A stretch of DNA of 64,000 nucleotides, taken from Methanobacteriota archaeon (lineage in GTDB: Archaea > Halobacteriota > Bog-38 > Methanoflorentales > Methanoflorentaceae). The notes under the pieces are model-generated. The model ran no database searches. It saw nothing but the letters and a program-made list of their open reading frames with translations, and was not told the DNA's origin. Shown here in pieces: positions 52,548-61,741 of this stretch (the first letter of the stretch is position 1; each line of letters starts with the position of its first letter). The stretch is from NCBI GenBank assembly GCA_963805115.1, contig CAWDSY010000010.1, positions 51,464 through 115,463 on the forward strand, read 5' to 3'. Position numbers and translations under genes: made by a program.

Positions 52548-53930
52548 GTGGCTGACTTCTCCTTTGCCATCGAACCCGTATACATTGCGACGATCTTCTT
52601 CTTCATCGTCGGGCTGCAGCGGATGAGCAACCCGCTCACGGCTCGGAGCGGGATCGTCTGGGCCGGCGCCGCGATGCTGATCGCAACGCTCGTTACGTTC
52701 TTTACCCCGAATCTCACCAATATCGGCCTGATCGCGATCGCGATCGCGATCGGTGGCGGCTTCGGCTATATAGCGGCCAAGCGCGTGGCGATGACCAACA
52801 TGCCCCAGATGGTTGCATTCTTCAACGGGATGGGGGGCGGCGCGGCAGCCGGGATCTCGGCAGTCGCACTCCTTGGCCCGACCACTCCCACCAGCTCGCT
52901 TGCGGTCGTTGGCGGCCTGATCGGGGCTGTCTCGTTTTCAGGCAGCCTCATCGCGTTCCTGAAGCTGCAGGGCTGGATGCCATCGCGGCCGGTTACCTTC
53001 ACGGGCCAGCAGATCGTCAACATGGCAGTCCTTGTCCTCGCCATCGTTTCCGGTGTGTTCGTCATCCTGCAGCCGTCATCGATGCCGCTTTCCGTAAACG
53101 CGTCCCTCCCGCTCTTCTTTATTCTCGCTCTCGGTTTCGGGCTCCTCATGACGCTCCCGATTGGCGGGGCCGACATGCCTGTAGTGATCTCGATGTACAA
53201 CGCCTTCACTGGCCTGGCCGTTGCGCTTGACGGGTTCTCGTTTGTCACCCCCAACTATGCGATGATCATAGCGGGCGTCATTGTCGGCGCCGCGGGTTCG
53301 CTGCTCACGCTCAAGATGGCTAAGGCAATGAACCGCTCGCTCACAAACGTCTTCTTCGGAGCCTTCGGCGCAACGGAGGAGCAGGCGGCGCAGGTATCGG
53401 GCAGCGTGAAAGCGATCGAGGCCGACGACGTTGCAGTCCTGCTCGCCTACGCGGACCGGGTTATCATCGTCCCCGGCTACGGCATGGCAGTCGCCCAAGC
53501 CCAGCAGAAAGTGAAGGAGCTGACCGACCTGCTCGAGCGTAGGGGCGTGCGGGTGAAGTTCGCGATCCACCCGGTTGCCGGGCGCATGCCCGGGCACATG
53601 AACGTCCTGCTTGCCGAGGCAGGGGTTGCCTACGACCACCTCTTCGACCGTGACGAGGTGAACCCTGAGTTCCCCAGCACTGACGTCGTCCTTGTCATCG
53701 GGGCCAATGATGTCGTAAACCCGGCGGCGCACCGGCAGGGCAGCCCGCTCTTCGGCATGCCAATCCTTGATGTCGAACAGGCAAAGAATGTGATCGTCCT
53801 AAAGCGCGGGCAGGGAAAGGGCTTTGCAGGGATCGAGAACGACCTGTTCTACCGGGACAACACGCGGATGCTCTACGGCGACGCGCAGGAGACGGTCGGC
53901 AAGCTTGTGCAGGCCCTCAAGAAACTCTGA
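52548..53930 (+). CDS. pntB: NAD(P) transhydrogenase beta subunit
   Basis: MTNMPQMVA, IGGADMPVVIS, VPGYGMAVAQAQ, HPVAGRMPGHMNVLLAE, GANDVVNP. Confidence 0.96.
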   Translation: MADFSFAIEPVYIATIFFFIVGLQRMSNPLTARSGIVWAGAAMLIATLVTFFTPNLTNIGLIAIAIAIGGGFGYIAAKRVAMTNMPQMVAFFNGMGGGAAAGISAVALLGPTTPTSSLAVVGGLIGAVSFSGSLIAFLKLQGWMPSRPVTFTGQQIVNMAVLVLAIVSGVFVILQPSSMPLSVNASLPLFFILALGFGLLMTLPIGGADMPVVISMYNAFTGLAVALDGFSFVTPNYAMIIAGVIVGAAGSLLTLKMAKAMNRSLTNVFFGAFGATEEQAAQVSGSVKAIEADDVAVLLAYADRVIIVPGYGMAVAQAQQKVKELTDLLERRGVRVKFAIHPVAGRMPGHMNVLLAEAGVAYDHLFDRDEVNPEFPSTDVVLVIGANDVVNPAAHRQGSPLFGMPILDVEQAKNVIVLKRGQGKGFAGIENDLFYRDNTRMLYGDAQETVGKLVQALKKL

Positions 53931-54369
53931 ATCCACGGGTCGGCGAGACCGATCATACGGCCCCGTCGAGGTCAACGGGAGCAACTTGTATTCGATGCAG
54001 CGTTTACCGATGTGATCGGTCAGGACCCCCCAACATTCTTCCTCCCTGAACGTGCGGCAATCCATAGGGGAACAGATGTAATACCCTTATTGATGATGAC
54101 TATCTCACCTTTTTGCAACACGTCGTTGCCGACGAAGATGTTGCTACAAAGCGGCAAACGTGATCAGCGCGATGGGTGCCGGAAAGCGCGTTGCGCGCGT
54201 TATAGATGTGTTCCTAAAGCAGGGTCCGTGAGGGCTATAACAGCCCAAAAAAAGACTGAAGGCAGTGCTTTTTAGATAAAGCGCCCGAATTGACTTACCT
54301 TGCAGAAAATATTTAATTAATCAGCGGGATACTACCAACCACAAGTACATACGGAGTGTTTTTTTCAAG

Positions 54370-56304
54370 GTGTCACAAGCGGAAGAAGTCATCACCGACA
54401 CGGAAGCACCAGCTCTTGAGCACAAAGCGTCAGCTTTGCTTGGCGGCATGGACATAGCGGTTACCGATGAGATCGCCGTGCCCCCAATGCTTGTCGACCA
54501 AGTGATTGGACAGGAACAGGCCGTTGAGGTGATCAAAAAGGCGGCCAAGCAACGCAGGCACGTCATGCTAATAGGCTCTCCCGGCACGGGGAAGTCAATG
54601 CTCGCCCGGGCCATGGCAGAACTTCTCCCCAAAGAAGAGCTGCAGGACATCCTCGTATATCACAACCCGGAGGATGGCAACAGCCCTAAGGTGCGCGTCG
54701 TGCCGGCAGGGAAAGGGCGGCAAATCGTCGACTCACACAAGCGGGAAGCACAAAAGAAGATCCAGTTCAGGAATATGCTTTCGATGGTGATTGTTTTCGC
54801 AATCGTCGGTTACTCTTTTGCGATCAATCAACCGATAATGGGTATCATCGCCGCTGCTATGCTTTTCATCGCGCTACGCTACATTACGCCCCGTGAGGAC
54901 GCGTTGATACCAAAGCTCCTCGTTATGAACGATGGCAAAGAGACCGCACCCTATATCGACGGGACCGGAGCGCACGCGGGGGCGCTTTTGGGCGACGTAC
55001 GGCACGATCCGTTTCAATCGGGAGGACTTGAGACGCCGGCGCACGACCGGGTCGAGGCAGGAGCTATTCACAAGGCGAACAAAGGCGTTCTTTTCATCGA
55101 CGAAATCAATACGCTCAGAATTGAATCGCAACAACAGCTCCTTACGGCGCTACAAGAGGGGGAGTTTTCCATCACCGGCCAATCCGAGCGCTCAAGTGGC
55201 GCCATGGTAAAAACGACCCCTGTGCCGTGCAATTTCGTGATGATCGCTGCCGGAAATCTCGACGCCGTGAAGGGCATGCATCCCGCTCTACGCTCGCGAA
55301 TCCGCGGCTATGGCTACGAAGTGTACATGCGCGATTCCATGCAGGATACACCAGAAAATCGCCGAAAGATCGTCCGGTTTGTGGCTCAAGAGGTGAAAAA
55401 GGACGAGAAGATTCCCCACTTCACGGCTGATGCGGTCGAAGAAATAATCCGTGAGGCACGCCGACGATCGGGAAGAAAAGGGCACATCACCTTGATGCTG
55501 CGAGATCTCGGCGGCTTGATCCGCGTCGCGGGGGACGTCGCTCGGGCCGAAGCGTCTGAATACACGACCTCGAAACACGTTATCGCAGCCAAGAAGATGG
55601 CGCGGTCGGTCGAACAGCAGCTTACAGATCAATATCTCGAGCGCCGCCGCGACTATCAGATGTTTCGAAATACCGGCGCCGAGGTGGGCCGCGTAAACGG
55701 CCTCGCGGTAATGGGTGATGATTCAGGCGTCGTCCTGCCCATCGTGGCAGAGATCACCCCTGCACAGTCAAAGGAGGAGGGCCGCGTAATCGCGACCGGC
55801 CTGCTTAAAGAGATCGCTCTTGAGGCAGTGCAAAACGTCTCGGCGCTCATCAAGAAGTTTTCAGGCGAAGACATCACCAACAAAGACGTGCACATCCAGT
55901 TCATCGGTACCTATGAGGGCGTCGAGGGGGACTCGGCCTCAATTTCAATCGCCACCGCCGTGATCTCCGCGCTTGAAGATGTTCCAGTTGACCAGTCCGT
56001 TGCGATGACCGGATCACTTTCGGTCCGGGGAGAGGTGCTGCCCGTTGGAGGAGTCACGCCCAAGGTGGAAGCAGCCGCTAAGGCGGGCATCACGCGCATA
56101 CTCATTCCGAAAGATAACGAAGGCGACGTCATGCTCGAGAAGCAGTACAAAGATACGGTGCAAATAATCCCCGTTAGCTCTATCCGCGAGGTTCTCGAAA
56201 ACAGCCTGCTCGGTCGAAAGCGCGACGGCTTGCTCGAGCACCTCAAGAAATTCACCATAAATTCACACGATCTGACGGGCCGTCCGAGCGCGGTCCCTCA
56301 GTAA
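54370..56304 (+). CDS. lonB: archaeal membrane-bound Lon protease
   Basis: GSPGTGKS, TM insertion, LFIDEIN, EGDSAS catalytic Ser, VGGVTPKVEAA. Confidence 0.96.
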   Translation: MSQAEEVITDTEAPALEHKASALLGGMDIAVTDEIAVPPMLVDQVIGQEQAVEVIKKAAKQRRHVMLIGSPGTGKSMLARAMAELLPKEELQDILVYHNPEDGNSPKVRVVPAGKGRQIVDSHKREAQKKIQFRNMLSMVIVFAIVGYSFAINQPIMGIIAAAMLFIALRYITPREDALIPKLLVMNDGKETAPYIDGTGAHAGALLGDVRHDPFQSGGLETPAHDRVEAGAIHKANKGVLFIDEINTLRIESQQQLLTALQEGEFSITGQSERSSGAMVKTTPVPCNFVMIAAGNLDAVKGMHPALRSRIRGYGYEVYMRDSMQDTPENRRKIVRFVAQEVKKDEKIPHFTADAVEEIIREARRRSGRKGHITLMLRDLGGLIRVAGDVARAEASEYTTSKHVIAAKKMARSVEQQLTDQYLERRRDYQMFRNTGAEVGRVNGLAVMGDDSGVVLPIVAEITPAQSKEEGRVIATGLLKEIALEAVQNVSALIKKFSGEDITNKDVHIQFIGTYEGVEGDSASISIATAVISALEDVPVDQSVAMTGSLSVRGEVLPVGGVTPKVEAAAKAGITRILIPKDNEGDVMLEKQYKDTVQIIPVSSIREVLENSLLGRKRDGLLEHLKKFTINSHDLTGRPSAVPQ

Positions 56305-56352
56305 CTTTTTTTTGCGCCCCATTTCTCAGCGACGGTGACTGGGGGCTATAGT

Positions 56353-57327
56353 ATGCGCGAAGACAGATTGCCACAGTATCGAAGGGCGCGAACGACAGAG
56401 ACAAACGCCGATCTAAGCGCTCCCACTGAAGAGCTGTGGCGCATTCACGACAATTTTGCCCCAGGCGAGCAAAAGGAAACCGCCGTTACGACCACGTCCC
56501 TCCTCGATCTGAAGATCGAGATAGCGCAGCGTATGTGTCGTGCCTGCCACTTCTGTGACCGCCGGTGCTACACCAACAGAGCAGAGAAACCTGGATTTTG
56601 CGGAGTGCAGCGATCAAAATATTCATCCGAATTCCTTCATTATGGTGAGGAACGCGAGCTCGTGCCATCGCACACGATTTTTCTCACGGGCTGCACGTTT
56701 CAGTGTGTCTTCTGCCAAAACTGGGATATCGCACGGCATCCGGAGGCGGGTGCGATCGCTGATGCAGATGCACTCGCACGGCGAATCTACGCACGATCAA
56801 TCGCGGGCGCGCGCAACGTGAACTGGGTCGGGGGAGATCCCACCCCACATATCGGTACTATTCTGAAAACCATGCGTGCCCTCGCCGACCTCGAACAAGA
56901 AACAGAGGTCGATGCACGATTCTTGAACGTGCCGATGGTCTTTAACTCGAACACGTACTACTCCACGGAAGCCGCTAAGCTTCTCGATGGCGTGATCGAC
57001 GTCTATTTGAGTGATTTCAAATACGGCAACGACCGCTGCGCGAAACGGTACTCACACGTTGACAAGTACGTGGAAACCGTTACGCGAAACCTGCTCGCAT
57101 CGCAACACCGGCTTATGATACGCCATCTCGTAATGCCCGGACACGCTCAGTGCTGCACAGGGCCGATCGTCGGGTGGGTGCGCGAGACCATGCGCGACGT
57201 CAAGTTCAACTTGATGTTTCAGTACGCCCCATATAACGTGACCGATTACCCTGAAATTAATCGGTTCGTGAGCGATGCAGAGCGGCGCGAGGCGACGAAT
57301 ATCGCAAAGGGCTTAAATCTCATCTGA
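56353..57327 (+). CDS. radical SAM protein, PflX-like
   Basis: CHFCDRRC, HYGEE..LVPSHTIF, CTFQCVFCQN, GGDPTP, DFKYGND, IRHLVMPGH. Confidence 0.88.
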   Translation: MREDRLPQYRRARTTETNADLSAPTEELWRIHDNFAPGEQKETAVTTTSLLDLKIEIAQRMCRACHFCDRRCYTNRAEKPGFCGVQRSKYSSEFLHYGEERELVPSHTIFLTGCTFQCVFCQNWDIARHPEAGAIADADALARRIYARSIAGARNVNWVGGDPTPHIGTILKTMRALADLEQETEVDARFLNVPMVFNSNTYYSTEAAKLLDGVIDVYLSDFKYGNDRCAKRYSHVDKYVETVTRNLLASQHRLMIRHLVMPGHAQCCTGPIVGWVRETMRDVKFNLMFQYAPYNVTDYPEINRFVSDAERREATNIAKGLNLI

Positions 57328-57335
57328 CGTTATCT

Positions 57336-58106
57336 TTGACTATGGGGATCATAACCCTCATTTCTGACTTTGGGACGTTCTATCCCGCCGTAATGAAGGC
57401 CGTCATCCTCGGCATAGCCCCGCACGTCAGTATCGTCGACATAACTCACGACATTTCGCCCCAGAACGTGCGTGAAGCGGCGTTCATCCTCCGAGAGACG
57501 GTCAAGTACTTCCCTCGAGGGACAACGCACATCGCCGTCGTTGATCCGACCGTCGGAACGGGCAGGCTGGCCTTAGTCATCGAAGCGGGAGGGCACTACC
57601 TCGTTGGCCCCGACAACGGACTTCTGATTCCTGCAGCACGCTCCCTAGGCGATTTTGAAGCGATGTGCATCCAAGTGGAGGCCAAGTCAAGCACGTTTCA
57701 CGGGAGAGACGTCTTCGCCCCGGTGGCAGCGCATATCTCTCTTGGGCGGCTGCGAAACCTTGAGCCTGCGCCCGCGCACGTAGACCTTGAACTCCAAGAC
57801 CCGCAGGTGTCTGAGCACACCGTTAGCGGCGCCGTCGTCTACGTCGACCGGTTTGGGAACTGCGTGACGAATATCAGCGGCACCCTTATGATACGACGAT
57901 CGGGCTACGGCAGCACGCACCTTCTCAACGGTTCCGTTGCGGTACAGTTCGTGAGAACGTACGACGAAGTAGCTCACGGACACCCGTTGTTGACCGTTGG
58001 AAGCTTCGATTTGGTGGAGGTGTCCGTCAACCAAGGCGATGCTGCAACAGAGCTTAATCTTAATTCAGGTGACAAAGTCACGCTCGATCGATTGAAACGA
58101 ACGTGA
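57336..58106 (+). CDS. SAM hydroxide adenosyltransferase / chlorinase-fluorinase family (DUF62)
   Basis: ITLISDFG, VVDPTVGT, GPDNGL, STFHGRDVFAP, VDRFGN. Confidence 0.93.
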   Translation: MTMGIITLISDFGTFYPAVMKAVILGIAPHVSIVDITHDISPQNVREAAFILRETVKYFPRGTTHIAVVDPTVGTGRLALVIEAGGHYLVGPDNGLLIPAARSLGDFEAMCIQVEAKSSTFHGRDVFAPVAAHISLGRLRNLEPAPAHVDLELQDPQVSEHTVSGAVVYVDRFGNCVTNISGTLMIRRSGYGSTHLLNGSVAVQFVRTYDEVAHGHPLLTVGSFDLVEVSVNQGDAATELNLNSGDKVTLDRLKRT

Positions 58107-58138
58107 TCCTTGCAAGAAGAGCACTCTTTCCACGAGCG

Positions 58139-58618
58139 TCAGAGCGGATCCTCTTCGCTTTGCGAGAGCGCGCCTTCAAGCAGAAGCAGTTTTCGTTTGA
58201 TGTCGACGCCCCAAGAAAAGCCCCCAATGCCGGATGCGGCCACGACTCGATGGCAAGGCACAAATAGCGGAACCGGGTTGTGGTGCAGCGCATTGCCTAC
58301 CGCTCGGGCCGCTTTCGGCTTCCCTAATCGCGCTGCCAATCCTGAGTAAGTCGCCGTACTCCCTCTTGGTATCCCTCGCACCGATTGCAGTACGGCCCGT
58401 TCGAATGCCGAGCGGTTTCCAAGGTTGACCTGGAAGGTGCCAAGGTCAACGTTCTCTCCTCTCAAGTAGCGTTCAAGTGCTTTTGCGGCTGCTGTCGTAG
58501 TGCGTGCATTAAACGAACCCGCTGCCTCGAGCGCAACTTGACAAACGGCGTCGTCGCTTAGTGCGACGGATAGGAATCTACCCAGGTATTCAGAGTAAAA
58601 GCACGCGGTTTCGGTCAT
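58139..58618 (-). CDS. ogt: methylated-DNA-protein-cysteine methyltransferase
   Basis: AARAVGNAL, VPCHRVV active-site motif, KRKLLLLE. Confidence 0.93.
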   Translation of the reverse strand: MTETACFYSEYLGRFLSVALSDDAVCQVALEAAGSFNARTTTAAAKALERYLRGENVDLGTFQVNLGNRSAFERAVLQSVRGIPRGSTATYSGLAARLGKPKAARAVGNALHHNPVPLFVPCHRVVAASGIGGFSWGVDIKRKLLLLEGALSQSEEDPL

Positions 58619-58623
58619 GGCTG

Positions 58624-59304
58624 TTAGAGGAGGTACCAGTCATGATCATACAAAGCCTTTGAGAGCGTCCCCAATTGCACGTCTTCGGGAGGATCGACCA
58701 CGAGTGAGCACAACGCATCCTTCAAGTCAGCCAAGTAGTGCGCGTTGCTTAAGCTCCCGTACTCAAATCTCCTGCCGCGAACCCGGCAACGTTCGAGCGT
58801 CTCCTGCCAAGGTAGAATGGTGACAGCAAGGTCGGTCATTTCACAAGCCTGTTGCATGGCTTTCCTAAAATCACCTGTGCAATAAGCAACACGGTGGCGG
58901 TAGTTGCTCCGCGTCTTTTCTAGATATCGGTGGAGCCGCGAAGTCTCGAGTTCGATGAACCTCTTCTTGACTGACATGACGTCGCAGTCGCCGAGTACGA
59001 AATCGTAGTCAGCAAATGGGTACTCGGTATCAAGCTCCCTCGGCGTGACGCCACACGTGCCAAATGCGACGATGTGTACTTCTTCTGGCGCCAAAACGCT
59101 GAAAATAACCTTGTCGTAATTTTGATGACTTGGACTCGTGTGATAGGGCTTCACCTTGGCACACGGGACAAAAATCAGTACCTCACGCACCGGCGCGATG
59201 TAATCGCTCAGCACGTACTCATTTGCCCTCACCATGTCAGGATGGGCAAAGACCTTCTCCCCAACCAGCGACAAGTTTGAGCGCTCTGATTCAGGGATTA
59301 TCAT
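58624..59304 (-). CDS. DUF5591-domain protein (archaeosine synthase-related)
   Basis: FVPCAKVKPYHTSPSH, GVTPRELDTEYPFADYD. Confidence 0.8.
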   Translation of the reverse strand: MIIPESERSNLSLVGEKVFAHPDMVRANEYVLSDYIAPVREVLIFVPCAKVKPYHTSPSHQNYDKVIFSVLAPEEVHIVAFGTCGVTPRELDTEYPFADYDFVLGDCDVMSVKKRFIELETSRLHRYLEKTRSNYRHRVAYCTGDFRKAMQQACEMTDLAVTILPWQETLERCRVRGRRFEYGSLSNAHYLADLKDALCSLVVDPPEDVQLGTLSKALYDHDWYLL

Positions 59305-59333
59305 TATCCGCGAAATGGCCAGCGCTGAGCAGC

Positions 59334-59940
59334 CTACAAAAGGCTTAGGCTTTTGAGTTCCTTAACAATTCGATCAACAGCATTAGCAGCGTCTTCGGGC
59401 TTTCGACCGCCAGTGACTACCAGTTTGCCGGAACCAAACAAAAGAACCACGACTTTAGGATCTGACAACCGGTACACGAGGCCCGGAAACTGTTCCGGCT
59501 CGTACTCGATGTTTTCTAGCCCTAACCCTATAGCAATCGCGTTCAAATTCAGGTACTGAGTGAAGATCTGCTGACGCCACGATGTTCTGGACTTTAATCT
59601 CTGGCGTTCCCTTCACGTCGATTCCAATATTGCGAAGACTTTGAAATACGTTTTCGAGGCCTTTATAAACGTCATCGATGCTTTTTGCACCCGTGCAGAC
59701 AATTTTTCCCGATCGGAAAATTAATGCTGCCGTCTTGGGGTCCTTGGTCCGGTAGACGAGGCCCGGAAACTGTTCGGGGTCATAATCTGCGCCCTCTAAC
59801 GCAAGCGTTATTTGCTTGAGGTTTATCTCTATTCCGATGCCGGTTGAGGCTACCACATTTTCGATCTTAATAGTGTCTCGCGGTTCGATATTAGTAGTGT
59901 CTCGCGGTTCGATATTAGTAGTGTCTCGCGGTTCGACCAT
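59334..59940 (-). CDS. tbp: TATA-box binding protein; 1-nt frameshift near 59552
   Basis: Two TBP repeats ([29 protein letters not shown]; [29 protein letters not shown]); join at DLHSV/LNLNAIA. Confidence 0.93.
59871..59936. repeat. 24-bp in-frame tandem repeat (~x2.7, EPRDTTNI) at the TBP N-terminus
   Basis: TAGTGTCTCGCGGTTCGA at 59871, 59895, 59919. Confidence 0.95.
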
Positions 59941-59964
59941 ACGCTTTCCCCCCGTTCCTTGTTG

Positions 59965-59989
59965 CTTTATAAAGGCTTTATATATATAA
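59965..59989 (-). promoter_or_regulatory. extended TATA element upstream of tbp
   Basis: Minus strand TTATATATATAAAGCCTTTATAAAG 25-50 nt upstream of the start. Confidence 0.6.
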
Positions 59990-60276
59990 CGTTGAGGGGC
60001 TCCAGTTGGTGTTCTGAAAGCGATCCGCCTCAAAATCTGGGGCGCTTCGCAATTACGCGAGTACATCAATTTTATCTACCCGAGGGGCATAGCATATACC
60101 CTCGCACGGCGCCTACGCAACGTGCTGTTCACAAATTTGTCGGACGGCGATTCACGAGCGACACAGGCGTTCACAGCCCGCAAGTGGACCAAGATAACCA
60201 GCGATTACAGCCCACCCAGAGTCGCGGGTCAACGCAAGTCGGCCTTTGCGCCTTGCAGCCATGACCGGAGTACGAC

Positions 60277-61257
60277 ATGAGACTTGCATTTGAGCTGTCT
60301 GGAGAGAGCACAAGCATTCCACGAGCAGAGGTTCTCGCACTTTTCAACGGCACCATAAGGCGAGAGCTCGAACGCGTTCTTGTGATTGATGCCGATACCT
60401 ACGACCCAACTCTCGGCGAGCGCTTAGCGATGACACACGCAATACTCGAGGTTAAGGACATATGTTCACAAGAGCTAGAATCGATCTACCGAGCAGCCGG
60501 AAGCATTGAGCTACCCCGTGTCCGCGTCGCGGTGCGGGCTAAGCGCATTGGACACGGCCTGAAAAGTGCGGAAGTCGAGGCTACGATCGGGAAGGCGCTT
60601 GCTGAGCGCGGATACAAAATTGACCTTACCCATCCGCAGCTTCTTGTGAGGGCGCTGCTCAGCAAAGACGTTTGCATAATCGGGGCGACATTAGCGTTAA
60701 TCGATCGCTCGCGCTTCGAATCGAGGCGCCCGCGTCTGCGACCTTACTTCTATCCCGGCGTGCTCCTGCCGCGGCTCGCCCGAGCCGCTGTAAACCTCAC
60801 ACGTGTTAAAGCTGAAGAACTCTTGTTAGACCCGTTCTGCGGCACAGGAGGAATACTTCTTGAAGCTGGTCTCCTCGGGGCAATAATCATAGGGTCAGAT
60901 GTCGACGGCAGGATGGTTTTTGGAACGAAGATGAACCTCGACTACTATGACGTTCTGAGCGACCTGCTGGTCCAAGACGCTCGACGATTGGGTCTAAGGG
61001 ACGAGTGTGTGGACGCTGTCGCAACCGACCTACCATATGGCCGTTCCGTAAGCGTACGCGCCCATTCGCTGAATCAACTGAAGGCGGCGGCCTTAGGCGA
61101 AATTTTTCGCGTGCTAAAACGCAACGCGCGGGCCGTTTTGATATCCCACGGCCCGATTGAGCACGAGGTCACGGATGCTGGTTTCACGATCGAAGAACGC
61201 CACACGCAATACGTGCATAAGAGTCTAACAAGAGAAATCGTCGTAGCGCGTAAATAA
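60277..61257 (+). CDS. trm11: tRNA (guanine10-N2)-dimethyltransferase (THUMP + methyltransferase)
   Basis: ELSGE, RPYFYPG, LDPFCGTGG, TDLPYGRS, YVHKSLTR. Confidence 0.9.
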   Translation: MRLAFELSGESTSIPRAEVLALFNGTIRRELERVLVIDADTYDPTLGERLAMTHAILEVKDICSQELESIYRAAGSIELPRVRVAVRAKRIGHGLKSAEVEATIGKALAERGYKIDLTHPQLLVRALLSKDVCIIGATLALIDRSRFESRRPRLRPYFYPGVLLPRLARAAVNLTRVKAEELLLDPFCGTGGILLEAGLLGAIIIGSDVDGRMVFGTKMNLDYYDVLSDLLVQDARRLGLRDECVDAVATDLPYGRSVSVRAHSLNQLKAAALGEIFRVLKRNARAVLISHGPIEHEVTDAGFTIEERHTQYVHKSLTREIVVARK

Positions 61258-61444
61258 CGGCTAAGCGCCTGCCGGCGCAGGGCTCCAGTCTGGTTCGCTA
61301 CTGGCGGAGGAACGGTCACATCAAGCGTCCGGGATTGAAACAATCCTGCGGCAATTTCAGGCGAAGAACGCGAGCTCATCTGCTCGTTCCCAAAGAACCA
61401 CCGTGCGAACAGAGTGCAATCTCAAGCAAGCACGGATTTTGGTG

Positions 61445-61729
61445 CTACACGCGATGCATATAGCGGAAAACATCTTCGTGCTGGGCGGTGATTCTCACAC
61501 CCTGGGAGGCACCAACGGCGTCAAGTCCCTTTTTTAGGTCTTCGAACTTCGCCGAGCCGATGTTGACGATCATAATCATCGTAAACAGCTCGGACACGAT
61601 CGTCTGGCTAATATCCTCGATGTTAGCATTGACGCTTGCGAGCAGAGTGGTGACGGCCGCTACGATGCCGGGATGATCAGAGCCGGTCACCGTCACGATG
61701 ATCCGTGCGTTGCGCGATGCGGGAGCCAC
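61445..61729 (-). CDS. ACT domain protein UPF0237
   Basis: [35 protein letters not shown]. Confidence 0.9.
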   Translation of the reverse strand: MAPASRNARIIVTVTGSDHPGIVAAVTTLLASVNANIEDISQTIVSELFTMIMIVNIGSAKFEDLKKGLDAVGASQGVRITAQHEDVFRYMHRV

Positions 61730-61741
61730 GCTTCGACCTCC

